Assembly: GCA_049517415.1 (NCBI GenBank)
Contig: JBEKSC010000027.1
Coordinates: forward strand, 1 to 37,287
Source of the DNA: Candidatus Bathyarchaeia archaeon
GTDB taxonomy: Archaea > Thermoproteota > Bathyarchaeia > 40CM-2-53-6
Length of the DNA: 37,287 bases
Reading direction: 5' to 3'
Below, piece by piece: positions 16,608 to 26,573 of this stretch. The notes below the pieces were generated by a model. The model did not search any database and had not been told where the DNA came from. It worked only from the letters and a program-made list of their open reading frames with translations. Within the stretch, counting starts at the first letter, position 1. Each line of letters starts with the position of its first letter. The position numbers and the translations under genes are program-made.

Positions 16608-16905
16608 CCATCTAAAGCCTCAGCCAAATGTTCCGCGTTGAGCATGATATGTGTGGGTGGAAGATGTGGTAAACATAAATCGTAATTCCACTCAGTGGAA
16701 AAAAGGTGCATTTCGGCTGTTTGCAAAAAAAGTACGGGGACGAGTCGGTGACTAAGAGCTCTTTGACTTGGGAAAAGATAAGCATGACGACGCCTACCGT
16801 CTCGTTGAAGCGACCGTTAACACCTAGGAGATCGTTTCCCCTAAAAGTGTGCACGTTGGGATGATGAATAACAGTATCGATCAAATATGGCGGTGTCAAG
16901 TTCGG

Positions 16906-19758
16906 TTAATCCCAGAAGAGGCGTGTTCTTGCGTATTCGCGTTCAGCCTTGAGGATATCGACGTACATGTCTTCCGTTGTTCTGTGTAGTCTTCTTAAGA
17001 TCCGAGTTGCAGTCACGGGGCCTACGCCTCGCCCACTTAGGACCACGACGGCTTCCTTTCCCTTTGTCTGTACTAGGCTGGCACTCAACCAGGCTTGACG
17101 CCAATTATGTTCTTCCTCGGCTGATAGCTTCGCTCCCTTCTTTTTCTTCTTAACAATATGTAGTAATGCATCATTACTCATGTACGTGGCGGCAATTAGG
17201 GTGGAGCCGCATTTTGGACAGCGTATCTTCTCACGCAGTTCACCCACAACACGAACCGCGTCCCAGTCCCCATTGAAAATGCAGACGAGGCGAACTGTTT
17301 CAGCGAGCAACCGCTCTTTTACGATATCTGTCAATGATTTCGACGGGACAGCGGGCCTAAGCAGGTCGTGTGGGATAATTTTGTCGACTATTGGGGTCGC
17401 GTAAGGCGAACAGGATTCGGCCCTCTCTGAGGTGACATCGATGGTTATCTCTCGGGCGTGCAGCTTCGCGATTATGTCCTTCGTCGTTGCCAAGTCGAAT
17501 TTTTCGAGAAGAACCTCCCTTTGAGTCTCCACGTTCACCGGCGTGTCTTTCATCGCTCGAACGAGCATTCGGGAGCGGATGGATTTGTAATCCGCTTTCC
17601 TCTCAATGATGCCGAACCGGCGGGCAACGTGCCAATGCTTCCACGCGAAAAGATCGGAAGTTTGAAGGGATTCGACCAGAACTTTCTCGACGTCATCCGG
17701 AGTGAACTTTGAGAGCTCTAAAGCGACTGTTTCTGGTTCAATCTTGAATGGGCAGATCAAGGCTATTCGGTACGGATCCGTCTGGGTTGCCACGTTTACA
17801 CCATACTTGGAACTGAGCATTGATGCAAGGATCATTGCAAGCGTATCGTTTACGGTACTCCCGAAGCAAGCATGAATGATTATGCAGTTCTCAAACTTTT
17901 CCAATATGATGTGTCTGTCTGTGGGCAAAGGAAAGTTCTTCAACTGTGCCCGCAGAGTTTCAGTGATTTTGTTGACCGCGTCATCCGAGAGTTGTAGTTG
18001 TGCCTGAATCGCTTTAAGCCCCGCGTGATCGTCAAGGTTCGAGGCCATGTGTGCCCTTAGTTTGCCGACTTGTTGTGCGGTTTCGAAACTAACCGGAATA
18101 ATTTCCCCTTCCCAACTAGGGATAGCGTCCAAGGTTGGTGCGGTTGGTTCCACTTCGACTGAGAGCTTCTCTTCGTTAACATTGATTATCTTCCATGTTT
18201 GGCCATGTATGATGAAAACTGTACCCCCTTTGCACTTCCTGGCCACGAAATCTTGATCTAGCGTTCCAATCCTGCGTTTCCGGAAAAAGTCGAACACGTC
18301 GAAGCGTTTCACATCTGGTATTACGGAAAGGTTCTCGTAGTAGTATCTGAAGGTTCGCGGAAAACGAGCGGAAATTACATCATCCACAAGCCTGATCATT
18401 CCTACTGAATCCAAGAACTTGACGAGCCCATGCAATTCCTCTCCTGTAATGTCCCGGTATGGGTAGGAACCGTGAACAATCTCGTACAGTTCGCTGAGCT
18501 TAGCCCGCTTCAGATCTAGGGTTATGCCAACAATTTGATGGGCTAGAACGTCCAATGCCTTGTCGTGTATCACTGTCCGCTCGATCGTCCCGGCCCTCGC
18601 ATTGGCAGCGAGCACAGCGGCTTCCAATAGATCATCTGCCCATGCGCCGATTACCGTTCCCTTGGCTAGTCCTCGCAACGTGTGGCCACTTCGCCCGATT
18701 CTCTGAATGAGGCGTGTGGACATTCTAGGCGACATGTATTGAACAATGTAATCTACTCTACCAATATCCATCCCAAGCTCGAGTGATGAAGTACAAATCA
18801 CGCCTTTCACCGAGCCGCTTTGGAATCCCTGCTCAACTTCCTCCCGGATCTCCCGGGAGAGGGAACCGTGGTGTACTCGCACTTGAAGCTCAGGCTTGAG
18901 GGCGTGAAGCTGTGACCCAACCGCTTCGGCCTGTTCACGAGTATTTGTGAAAACGAGCGTCGACCGCTTTCGTGATATGACCTCAGCCACTTTCTTCGCC
19001 CTCGCTATTGTTGTGGGCGGCAAGCCGAACTTGTCGGAATCTCTCATGTCTGCGGGTGTGGGCGGCACGTATTCGACATCGATCTGAATCTGCCTAAGCT
19101 CTTCCGACTTGGCAACAGTCACATTGCGAGCAGTCCCAGACAGGAACTTTCCAACTTTCTTCTCCTCACCCACTGTTGCTGACAATCCGACCCTTTGAAA
19201 GGCCCTGCCGGTTAGGTGCTCTAGCCGTTCCAAAGCCACTGATAGTTGGACGCCGCGCTCGTCTGTTGCAAGCTCATGAATCTCGTCAACAACGACCCAC
19301 CTGACGCCTTTCAGGTGCTCACGCATCCTCTTTCCCGGCAGTATCGCTTGAAGAGTTTCTGGCGTTGTAACCAGCATCTCGGGAGGCGATTTGGCTTGCA
19401 TTGCCCTTGCGCTAATTGGCGTGTCTCCATGCCTCACTTGGACTTTGATGTCAAGTTCCTTTCCCACATCTGCAAGTCTCCGTAGGATATCCCGATTCAG
19501 CGCTCTGAGCGGAGTCACGTACAGGATTGAGATACCCTTCGTCTCCCCAGCCGACCTGCGCTCCAAGAACATGTTGAAAATGGGGAGAATGCATGCCAGC
19601 GTCTTCCCAGTTCCCGTGGGGGCGATTACGAGGACGTTCTCTCCCCTGAGGATTGACGGGATTGCGATTTTTTGAATGTCGCTAGGTTCCTCTAAACCCA
19701 CCTTTTCCAAGTGGTCCCGGATGGGCCTGTGCAACTGCGCAAATGTGTTCTCAAGCAA
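16906..19758 (-). CDS. lhr: Lhr-family SF2 DEAD/H helicase with C-terminal Cys motif and HhH-like tail
   Basis: APTGTGKT, TPLRALNRD, DEIH, SAT, HHGSLS, TSSLELGMD, QRIGRSGH, ALDVLAHQI, PSWEGE, CPKC and GRGVGP.TA. Confidence 0.95.
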   Translation of the reverse strand: MLENTFAQLHRPIRDHLEKVGLEEPSDIQKIAIPSILRGENVLVIAPTGTGKTLACILPIFNMFLERRSAGETKGISILYVTPLRALNRDILRRLADVGKELDIKVQVRHGDTPISARAMQAKSPPEMLVTTPETLQAILPGKRMREHLKGVRWVVVDEIHELATDERGVQLSVALERLEHLTGRAFQRVGLSATVGEEKKVGKFLSGTARNVTVAKSEELRQIQIDVEYVPPTPADMRDSDKFGLPPTTIARAKKVAEVISRKRSTLVFTNTREQAEAVGSQLHALKPELQVRVHHGSLSREIREEVEQGFQSGSVKGVICTSSLELGMDIGRVDYIVQYMSPRMSTRLIQRIGRSGHTLRGLAKGTVIGAWADDLLEAAVLAANARAGTIERTVIHDKALDVLAHQIVGITLDLKRAKLSELYEIVHGSYPYRDITGEELHGLVKFLDSVGMIRLVDDVISARFPRTFRYYYENLSVIPDVKRFDVFDFFRKRRIGTLDQDFVARKCKGGTVFIIHGQTWKIINVNEEKLSVEVEPTAPTLDAIPSWEGEIIPVSFETAQQVGKLRAHMASNLDDHAGLKAIQAQLQLSDDAVNKITETLRAQLKNFPLPTDRHIILEKFENCIIIHACFGSTVNDTLAMILASMLSSKYGVNVATQTDPYRIALICPFKIEPETVALELSKFTPDDVEKVLVESLQTSDLFAWKHWHVARRFGIIERKADYKSIRSRMLVRAMKDTPVNVETQREVLLEKFDLATTKDIIAKLHAREITIDVTSERAESCSPYATPIVDKIIPHDLLRPAVPSKSLTDIVKERLLAETVRLVCIFNGDWDAVRVVGELREKIRCPKCGSTLIAATYMSNDALLHIVKKKKKGAKLSAEEEHNWRQAWLSASLVQTKGKEAVVVLSGRGVGPVTATRILRRLHRTTEDMYVDILKAEREYARTRLFWD

Positions 19759-19861
19759 AGTCTAATCCTCGATCAAATCAACTTGTGAAACGTGGCTCTG
19801 CCACCGTGCGAACTTTCTCTTCGAAGATTGATCTTCCGTCCGGCGGCACGTTTCCCTTTCA

Positions 19862-19972
19862 TTAGGCAGCTGGTTTCTCGTATGCGAGGTAAACAAAGAT
19901 CAGGATAACTGCTAGGAAAGCCACGAAAACGATTCCGATCTGGAAGAGCTGCCAGAATTCGTCCGTTGTCAA
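19862..19972 (-). CDS. 36-aa single-TM membrane peptide (below ORF-track cutoff)
   Basis: TTG...TAA encodes MTTDEFWQLFQIGIVFVAFLAVILIFVYLAYEKPAA; AGGA precedes the start and TTTAAA lies at 20013-20018. Confidence 0.65.
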   Translation of the reverse strand: MTTDEFWQLFQIGIVFVAFLAVILIFVYLAYEKPAA

Positions 19973-20024
19973 TTTCCTAACGCTCGCATTCCCCGTAGAA
20001 AGCTAGTCCCCATTTAAACACTGC

Positions 20025-20462
20025 TTATTCTGAACTTTCGGGTAATTCCTTCGCCCTCCAGCGATCTGTTATGCTCGAGTATTGCGAGTCACGTTTCGAT
20101 ATTTTCTCGAACTTGTTTAGGGCTTCTGCTATGTGTTGGGCTATTATGTGGTAGCAGAGGCCTCGCTTCTTGTCCATGACTCGAAAGTAGTAATCATCGC
20201 AATAGCAGAATGGGATGTCGGGCATGACTTGGTACTCGCTCTTCCGGCCTTGAACAACCCAAACCACTCTGCTGCTAGGTTTAAACTCGTACCGGCGAAC
20301 ACTCCATGAATTCGCCAATTTCAAACCGTTAGTGAAACGCTCACCAAAAGTTTTCTCAAGCTTTTCTCTCAGTCGGGTCGAAAGTTCGCCGCGTGACACC
20401 AGTTCTTCGCAGGCTTCTTCCATCATCTTGTTTTCCAGCTGGTAGGCGTTTTCCATTTCCAT
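20025..20462 (-). CDS. SWIM zinc-finger protein
   Basis: VWVV.G....Y.V...FCYC.DY..........CYH gives CxC-x(n)-CxH. Start uncertain (20426-20462). Confidence 0.85.
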   Translation of the reverse strand: MEMENAYQLENKMMEEACEELVSRGELSTRLREKLEKTFGERFTNGLKLANSWSVRRYEFKPSSRVVWVVQGRKSEYQVMPDIPFCYCDDYYFRVMDKKRGLCYHIIAQHIAEALNKFEKISKRDSQYSSITDRWRAKELPESSE

Positions 20463-20680
20463 TCCAACGAGAGAGACATCTAGACGAATTAGGGCACATT
20501 CTGGGCTGCGGCTTTAAGTTGCCCTATTTATTGACCAACTTTCGAGCGAACGTTGAATCTACGCGAAAGTTTCGGGAAACGTTTTTAAGTTGTGGTGCTT
20601 GGGTCTATTCGACCGCGCTCGAACGTTCTTCAGCGCGATTGCGTTATGCTCCGGAAAACGTTCTCGGAGGGAAACAAAAA

Positions 20681-21322
20681 ATGTACCACCAAGAGAAAAA
20701 CAACATGCCGAAGTACGTGATGACCGGCACGACCACTATGGGCGTGGTCTGCAAGGACGGCATCGTACTCGGAACCGATACCCGTGCCACGCTGGGCACC
20801 TTCGTGGCGCATAAACGGGCGAAAAAAGTCTATCCAATCGACGAGCACGTAGCCATGACGATCGCCGGAGGCGTTGCCGACGCGCAAACGGTGGTTGAGA
20901 TGCTTCGCGCGAACTCTAAACTCTACAGATACGAGAAGGGTCTACCCATACCGATTAGTGCTGTTGCACGTTTGGCTGCAAATGTTCTCTTCCAATCTAG
21001 GTACTATCCCTTCATTCTGCAGTCCATTATTGGAGGCATGGATGACCAAGGCGGGCACATTTTCGCGCTCGACCCTCTTGGAAGTGTTACCGAAGAGAAA
21101 TACGTCTCAACTGGCTCCGGCTCACCAGTCGCTTACGGAGTTCTCGAACCTGGTTATAGAGAAGGCATGTCGGTTAAGGAAGCTATACCGCTGGTAGTTC
21201 GCGCAGTCAATGAAGCTATGAAGCGCGACTCGGCGAGCGGGGATAGCTTCGATGTTGCCGTAATCTCAAAGGATGGTTACAAGGAACTGAGCGAACAGGA
21301 GAAGAAAGGAATCCTCACTTAG
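20681..21322 (+). CDS. psmB: 20S proteasome beta subunit
   Basis: Propeptide then G|TTTMG catalytic Thr, GSGS and RDSASGD; ATG20681 follows GGAGG. Confidence 0.96.
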   Translation: MYHQEKNNMPKYVMTGTTTMGVVCKDGIVLGTDTRATLGTFVAHKRAKKVYPIDEHVAMTIAGGVADAQTVVEMLRANSKLYRYEKGLPIPISAVARLAANVLFQSRYYPFILQSIIGGMDDQGGHIFALDPLGSVTEEKYVSTGSGSPVAYGVLEPGYREGMSVKEAIPLVVRAVNEAMKRDSASGDSFDVAVISKDGYKELSEQEKKGILT

Positions 21323-21381
21323 GCCAGCTAATTCTGAATCTGGATAATTCCTGATTATTCGAGTTTCGGGTGGTTTCCTCA

Positions 21382-23301
21382 GTGGCGAGACTAGTGGACG
21401 ATTCGCAGGCAAGGATCCGTGAAACCATTGTCACCCACATGCCGAAGGAGGCTGAGATAACCCGAATCGAATTTGAAGGGCCTCGCCTCGCAATCTACGT
21501 CAGAAACGTCGGACTTTTGTTAGAACAGACCCACGTGGTCACCGACATCGTCAACTTACTGCATAAGCGCGTGGTCATACGGTCCGACCCGTCAATTCGG
21601 CTTGCTGAGAAAGAATCTGATCGTTTGATTAAGGGCATCATACCCGCAGAGGCAGAAATAACGGAGATAAACTTCGATCCAAGCTTGGGCGAGGTCGTTA
21701 TTGAAGCTAAGAAACCTGGCTTGGCGATAGGCAAGGATGGAGTTACCCTTCAAGAGATCATTAAGAAAACTAGCTGGCGACCCCGAGTCTTGCGGGCACC
21801 TCCACTCCCATCGAAGATAATCGCGAGTTCTAGGCATATTCTGCATTCTGAAAGCGAAGAAAGAAGCAGGATCTTCCGCGATGTTGGCGAACGCATTTTT
21901 CGCACAAGGCTCGCGAAGACTTCGAGTGTTTACCTAACACCGCTCGGCGGGTTCCATGAGGTTGGTAGGTCTGCGATGCTTGTGGAAACCGAGGAAAGCT
22001 GTGTGCTAATGGACTGCGGCATAAGCGCAGGGGCGGACCGGCCCATCTACGCATTCCCCCGAATCGACACCGATGAATTTGACATTGACAAATTAGATGC
22101 GGTAATAATCTCCCACGCACACCTAGACCATTGCGGGTTCGTCCCGTTCCTCTACAAATATGGGTATGACGGGCCGGTCTACTGCTCCGAACCAACAGCT
22201 GTGCTGATGACGCTCCTCCAACTTGATTACCTAGATATTTTCGGCAAGGAAGGTGGACATCCGCCTTATGATCAGAAGGATGTGCGCGAAGTCGTTATGC
22301 ACACCATACCCGTAAAGTACGGCGTGGTCACCGACGTAGCGCCCGATATCAAACTCACCCTCCACAATGCAGGCCACATAATTGGAAGCTCGATCGTTCA
22401 CCTCCACATCGGAGAAGGGCTTACAAACGTCATATTCACTGGCGATTTCAAATTCGGCAGAACGATGCTTCTGGAGCCTGCTGTCTGCTCGTTTCCACGC
22501 GCTGAGACCCTAATCATGGAAAGCACTTACGGCGGGCCGGACGACGTCATGTCCGATCGGGAAACGGTTGAGGGTAAGCTAGCTAGGATTGTCAACGAGA
22601 CGGCGGAGAAGGGCGGTAAGGTACTTATCCCGACTCTGGCTGTTGGGCGTGCTCAAGAAATCATGCTTGTTCTGAACGCTTACATGAAGAATAAGCAAAT
22701 CAAAGAACTCCCAATCTTCCTAGAAGGCATGATATCTGAAGCGACAGCCATCCACACCGCCTACCCCGAATACTTAGCACGCGACCTTAGGGAACAGATT
22801 CTCTACAAAGACATTAACCCTTTCCAGTCAGATTACTTCACGAATGTCGACCATCCCTCCGAGCGGGAGAAGATAGCGGCCGGGCCGCCGTGTATTATTC
22901 TCGCAACTTCTGGTATGATGGAAGGTGGTCCTGCGATCGACTACTTCCGTTACCTGGCTTCGGATGAGAAAAACTCATTGAGCTTCGTGAGCTACCAGGT
23001 TGAAGGGACACTGGGAAACAGGCTCAAAAATGGTGCCCGCGAGGTTTCCTTGATGGGCAGGAACGGAAAGGTTGAAGCTTTGAAGGTGAACTTGCGTGTT
23101 GAGAGCGTAGAAGGCTTCTCAGGACACTCTGATAGAAACCAGCTCTTCGCCTTCCTCAAACGAATCTCGCCGAAGCCGTCACGAGTCATACTTGGGCACG
23201 GTGAGCGGCGCAAGACCGACCTGTTCGCGCACCAAATCTCTAGGATTCTGAAGATGAGAACGACGGCGCCGGATAACCTCGAGAAACTCAGGTTAAGATA
23301 A
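21382..23301 (+). CDS. fttA: aCPSF1/FttA beta-CASP ribonuclease (KH + metallo-beta-lactamase)
   Basis: EFEGP, KH domains, GGFHEVGRS, HAHLDH, AGHIIG, MESTYG and GFSGHSD; directly after psmB. Start GTG21382 or GTG21370. Confidence 0.95.
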   Translation: MARLVDDSQARIRETIVTHMPKEAEITRIEFEGPRLAIYVRNVGLLLEQTHVVTDIVNLLHKRVVIRSDPSIRLAEKESDRLIKGIIPAEAEITEINFDPSLGEVVIEAKKPGLAIGKDGVTLQEIIKKTSWRPRVLRAPPLPSKIIASSRHILHSESEERSRIFRDVGERIFRTRLAKTSSVYLTPLGGFHEVGRSAMLVETEESCVLMDCGISAGADRPIYAFPRIDTDEFDIDKLDAVIISHAHLDHCGFVPFLYKYGYDGPVYCSEPTAVLMTLLQLDYLDIFGKEGGHPPYDQKDVREVVMHTIPVKYGVVTDVAPDIKLTLHNAGHIIGSSIVHLHIGEGLTNVIFTGDFKFGRTMLLEPAVCSFPRAETLIMESTYGGPDDVMSDRETVEGKLARIVNETAEKGGKVLIPTLAVGRAQEIMLVLNAYMKNKQIKELPIFLEGMISEATAIHTAYPEYLARDLREQILYKDINPFQSDYFTNVDHPSEREKIAAGPPCIILATSGMMEGGPAIDYFRYLASDEKNSLSFVSYQVEGTLGNRLKNGAREVSLMGRNGKVEALKVNLRVESVEGFSGHSDRNQLFAFLKRISPKPSRVILGHGERRKTDLFAHQISRILKMRTTAPDNLEKLRLR

Positions 23302-23361
23302 GTTTAGTACATATCGTGGCAGCCTGATGGGCTGGCTATCCTGCTGGAGAATTAAATTCGG

Positions 23362-23688
23362 CTACGTTTCCTCGTTCGCGGTCGCGCCCGCCGTGGCAAC
23401 TTCGAGGCGAGAATTCTCCCTTCCCCGCCACACTTTCACGGTTGGTGGAGTTATGACGATCCTTTCTTCTCCTAACCTCGCAATATCACCCTGAATTGAC
23501 TTGACAAATTCGACGAGTTCGCCTATTGCCGATTTTGTCTCTTCGACACTTCGTTTCGCGATGGGGGTTATCTTGACGATTAGGATGTTGCCTTCTATAA
23601 TTTCAGCCTTGATTCTGGGTACGTCCATCGGATCTCGAAGCGGGTACGCTTTGACGTAGATTGGGTGTTGAATGGATGGATTCACCAA
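23362..23688 (-). CDS. sepF: Cell-division protein SepF (archaeal type)
   Basis: GNILIV.ITP and GDIARLGEERIVITP..VK.W signature; start likely TTG23688 (alternative 23727). Confidence 0.85.
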   Translation of the reverse strand: MVNPSIQHPIYVKAYPLRDPMDVPRIKAEIIEGNILIVKITPIAKRSVEETKSAIGELVEFVKSIQGDIARLGEERIVITPPTVKVWRGRENSRLEVATAGATANEET

Positions 23689-23939
23689 TGGGAACCTCTC
23701 ATCTCTTTCATCGTCTGAACCGATCAATTAAGGGCAACTCGAGGTTGAGTGAGTTGTCTCGGTCGATGGCACTTTAAACATTTGCACTTAAGAGAGGGCA
23801 CTCTAACACGCCTATGTAAAGACCACACGCACTCACCTTAGAGAAGTGTGGGCAGTTTGTCACTCACCCGCCCAGAAGAATAGATTAGCGTGGAGAACCG
23901 AAGTGGCGCCACTTCCATTGGAACAAGCCTAACACTCAA

Positions 23940-24434
23940 TTAACCTGCATTGCTAGCTGTGAATGATTTCCAGAGCTCATCCCCGACGTAGTGCACGTTC
24001 ATGACCACTTTGCCCTTATTCGCCGATTTCATCAGAGTTGAATCCACATCAGCCAAACCCAAAGCGATGTTCTTCCCGAACTTTTCGTCAACTATCAATA
24101 GCAACTCCCCCTTCGTGAAATCATTTCGAATCTCTCTAATTCCTGGCCTCATGACGTGCGCGCCGTTCGCCAAATGCGCTACGGCACCCATATCGACAAC
24201 AATCTTGGGCAAAGAGTTGATGACCTCATCAAACTTTAGAGATGGAAGCAAACCAGACTTCGTGCGCAAAATCAGTGGCCTTCCATTCAAGAAGAAGACC
24301 AATCTCTCGTCCACAGGAAGCTCCTCAAACACGTTGACCGAACGAAGAAACGTTTCAGAAATTGGATAGCGTTGTATGAATTCCCTAAGGAGCTGTTTTG
24401 CTTCCTTATCCTTGAGATACTTCTTTGCTGGCAA
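23940..24434 (-). CDS. PUA-domain RNA-binding protein (DUF1947/MCT-1-like)
   Basis: VVDMGAV....NGA.VMRPGI and KGKVV.N.HYVGD.LW. Confidence 0.9.
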   Translation of the reverse strand: MPAKKYLKDKEAKQLLREFIQRYPISETFLRSVNVFEELPVDERLVFFLNGRPLILRTKSGLLPSLKFDEVINSLPKIVVDMGAVAHLANGAHVMRPGIREIRNDFTKGELLLIVDEKFGKNIALGLADVDSTLMKSANKGKVVMNVHYVGDELWKSFTASNAG

Positions 24435-24631
24435 CTATTCGTCAACTATCTAGGGACCGTTCTTTATACTTAACACCCTGCAATTTCTTCAACGGGTTGG
24501 ATATTCCGTGTTCCGATTGAAAGGCGACGCGATTCCTAGCCATGGTTTATGTAGACCTAACGTTTAATTTGGGGCTTCCTCCTTACGGGGAACTCACATC
24601 CAGAAGCTAGAACAGAAGACGAAGAAAAACA

Positions 24632-24862
24632 ATGTCTGCAGTTGCTGACAAGATCTTCCAAGAGAGCCTTAGCAAAATCGTTCTCGTGGAACTGAAGGGA
24701 AGCCGTACGATACGTGGAAAACTCTACAGCTACGACCAACACATGAATCTAGTATTAGAAGACGCAGAGGATGTCTCCAACCCAGAGAACACGCGAAACA
24801 TAGGCACGATTATTGTTAGGGGCGACAATGTGGTTCTGGTTTCGCCCCCTCCTAAGAGGTAG
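24632..24862 (+). CDS. Sm-like (Lsm/SmAP) protein
   Basis: Sm1 G.L.SYDQHMNLVL.DA and Sm2 IVRGDNV; upstream of L37e. Confidence 0.95.
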   Translation: MSAVADKIFQESLSKIVLVELKGSRTIRGKLYSYDQHMNLVLEDAEDVSNPENTRNIGTIIVRGDNVVLVSPPPKR

Positions 24863-24894
24863 ACTTTTAGCAAATTCTCGCGGGCTGAATAGAT

Positions 24895-25086
24895 TTGACT
24901 AAGGGGACCGCATCATTCGGCAGGCGAGGGCGCGCAAAGACCCATATCCGATGCCGCCGCTGCGGCAGACACTCTTACCACATTAGATGGAAACGCTGTT
25001 CCGCTTGCGGTTTTGGTGCCAGTAGGAAACTCCGCGGCTACTCGTGGCAGACCCACACGTTGAACAGGTCCAGAAGAATTAGGTAG
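24895..25086 (+). CDS. rpl37e: 50S ribosomal protein L37e
   Basis: TKGTASFGRR, THIRCRRCGRHSYH and CSACGFG. Confidence 0.97.
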   Translation: MTKGTASFGRRGRAKTHIRCRRCGRHSYHIRWKRCSACGFGASRKLRGYSWQTHTLNRSRRIR

Positions 25087-25185
25087 TAGGCATACTTCGC
25101 CTTGGCTGCCTGAAGTTCTTCGATCGATGATGTCTACGAAGGCGGCACCTGTAACGAGAGAGTAAGAATGGTGTGGTGAAGTCCG

Positions 25186-25317
25186 AGACTAATACAACGA
25201 GGGTTGTGGGTGGAGTATGTTAGCGTTGCTTGGATGACAGTTGAAGGTATGGCTGCGATTTGTTCAGGAATAGCGGCCTGGAGTTCTGCTCTTCTTGCGT
25301 TCGGCGTCGATTCTTGA
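25186..25317 (+). pseudogene. Remnant of a cation-efflux (CDF-like) transporter N-terminus
   Basis: Frame reads RLIQRGLWVEYVSVAWMTVEGMAAICSGIAAWSSALLAFGVDS* between stops, resembling TM1-2 of CDF-like transporters. Confidence 0.6.
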
Positions 25318-25323
25318 AGTCCG

Positions 25324-26082
25324 CTAGGGGGAGGGGGTTGCTGGAGTGGCAGGTGGTGCTTTCGCTTCTGGCGTTACAGTGGGGGCTGCAGGTGCAGGTT
25401 TCTTGAACAGTTCGAGGAAAGAAACGGTTTCGATCTTCGGAAGATACTTCTCTATATCAGCAGTTACTGTTCGCTTTTCCACCTGCAAACCTTCAAGGAA
25501 GAATGCCTCCTCAGGTATCTCGATTTCCAGATTCCCCTGCTCAAGCTTAACATGAAACTTCTCAGGTCCCACGGACGGGATCCGTTTGTGAATGAGGTAC
25601 CGGACTTTATCATCCTCCATCTCAACAATCTTCTCGACCGTCAGGTCGTAAATGAGAGTCTTGCCGGCAAATGGGTGGTTGTAGTCCACTTGAACTCGCC
25701 CAGCTCCAACGGAGCGGACTTGCGCGGTCTTACCGTCTATATTCACCTGTAAACCTGGTACAGGAGACATTCCCTCCGCCGTGAATTTGCGAAGTGGAAC
25801 TAATCGAACCTTTTTCGGATCACGCACCCCGTAACCTTTGTCTGGAGGCAGCTCAATGGTGCTCGCCTTGCCAATCTCTAGGCCGGTCAAGGCTTCATCC
25901 AGCCCCTTGGGGACCCAACCTTCTCCCACAACGATGAAGAATGGTTCGTAACGTTCTTCTCCTCGGTAAAGCTTCGCTTCCTTGGCCACAGTCTCAAGCG
26001 TCGTACCGACGGTTTCGCCTGTCTCCTTGACTTTCAGAGTGTAGTTGGCGAGTATGAAGTCGCCGTTCTTAAGAGACAACAA
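25324..26082 (-). CDS. Long-type FKBP peptidyl-prolyl isomerase (SlyD-like)
   Basis: GDFI..NYT, GLDEAL, LPPDKGYG.RD, VDYNHPFAGK.L plus an archaeal C-terminal domain and a Pro/Ala tail. Confidence 0.93.
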   Translation of the reverse strand: MLSLKNGDFILANYTLKVKETGETVGTTLETVAKEAKLYRGEERYEPFFIVVGEGWVPKGLDEALTGLEIGKASTIELPPDKGYGVRDPKKVRLVPLRKFTAEGMSPVPGLQVNIDGKTAQVRSVGAGRVQVDYNHPFAGKTLIYDLTVEKIVEMEDDKVRYLIHKRIPSVGPEKFHVKLEQGNLEIEIPEEAFFLEGLQVEKRTVTADIEKYLPKIETVSFLELFKKPAPAAPTVTPEAKAPPATPATPSP

Positions 26083-26186
26083 ATAGCACCTTGAATCATG
26101 AAGGGGGAGCCTAGATTTACCCGTTCTACATTAATCTTTCAGAAAAGTCGCCGATATTCCAGGTAGTCAGAAAGTGCTTTTACATC

Positions 26187-26573
26187 TCAGACTCGCAGAA
26201 GGCTCGCAGTCAGTACGAATAGAACGAAAAGCGTTATGAGCAGATATTTGGGGTTCCTGGAAAGAGCAAAGTAGAGCGCGGAGGCAACCACTCGCAGGTA
26301 GGGCGTCAACATCAAAACCACAATACCCAAGCCAAGTACTTGCGTTGGCGACCAGCCACCCATTGAAAGTTCCTGAAACAGTTTCCCCGCGTAGCTGAAA
26401 AAATTCGTTCCTTTCATTGCGAAGCTAGGCTGGAAGAGTATGTTCAGGTTTCCGCTCGAAGAGTAGTAGTCTGCGATCCCAAGGGCCTCTACCGTAACGC
26501 TCGCCAGGACGCCGAGGATTAGAATATAGCTTATCAGCGAATCGAGTTTCTCTTCGCTAGAGGCCCGCTTCAT
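26187..26573 (-). CDS. DUF1634 membrane protein
   Basis: LGIVVLMLTPYLRV signature; ATGA overlap with the TSUP gene. Confidence 0.85.
   Translation of the reverse strand: MKRASSEEKLDSLISYILILGVLASVTVEALGIADYYSSSGNLNILFQPSFAMKGTNFFSYAGKLFQELSMGGWSPTQVLGLGIVVLMLTPYLRVVASALYFALSRNPKYLLITLFVLFVLTASLLRV

Noticed and set aside
16612..16899. 95-aa minus-strand ORF and an ATGATGA box in the spacer after lhr
   Set aside because: No motif or convincing start, and no D box; possible decayed sequence that I could not identify.
20393..20680. Long N-terminal extension of proteasome beta in the ORF track (similar extensions on trpB2, rpa, trxA, HAD, TSUP and the propeller)
   Set aside because: Artefacts of longest-ORF calling; downstream starts fit family lengths better, several with SD motifs.
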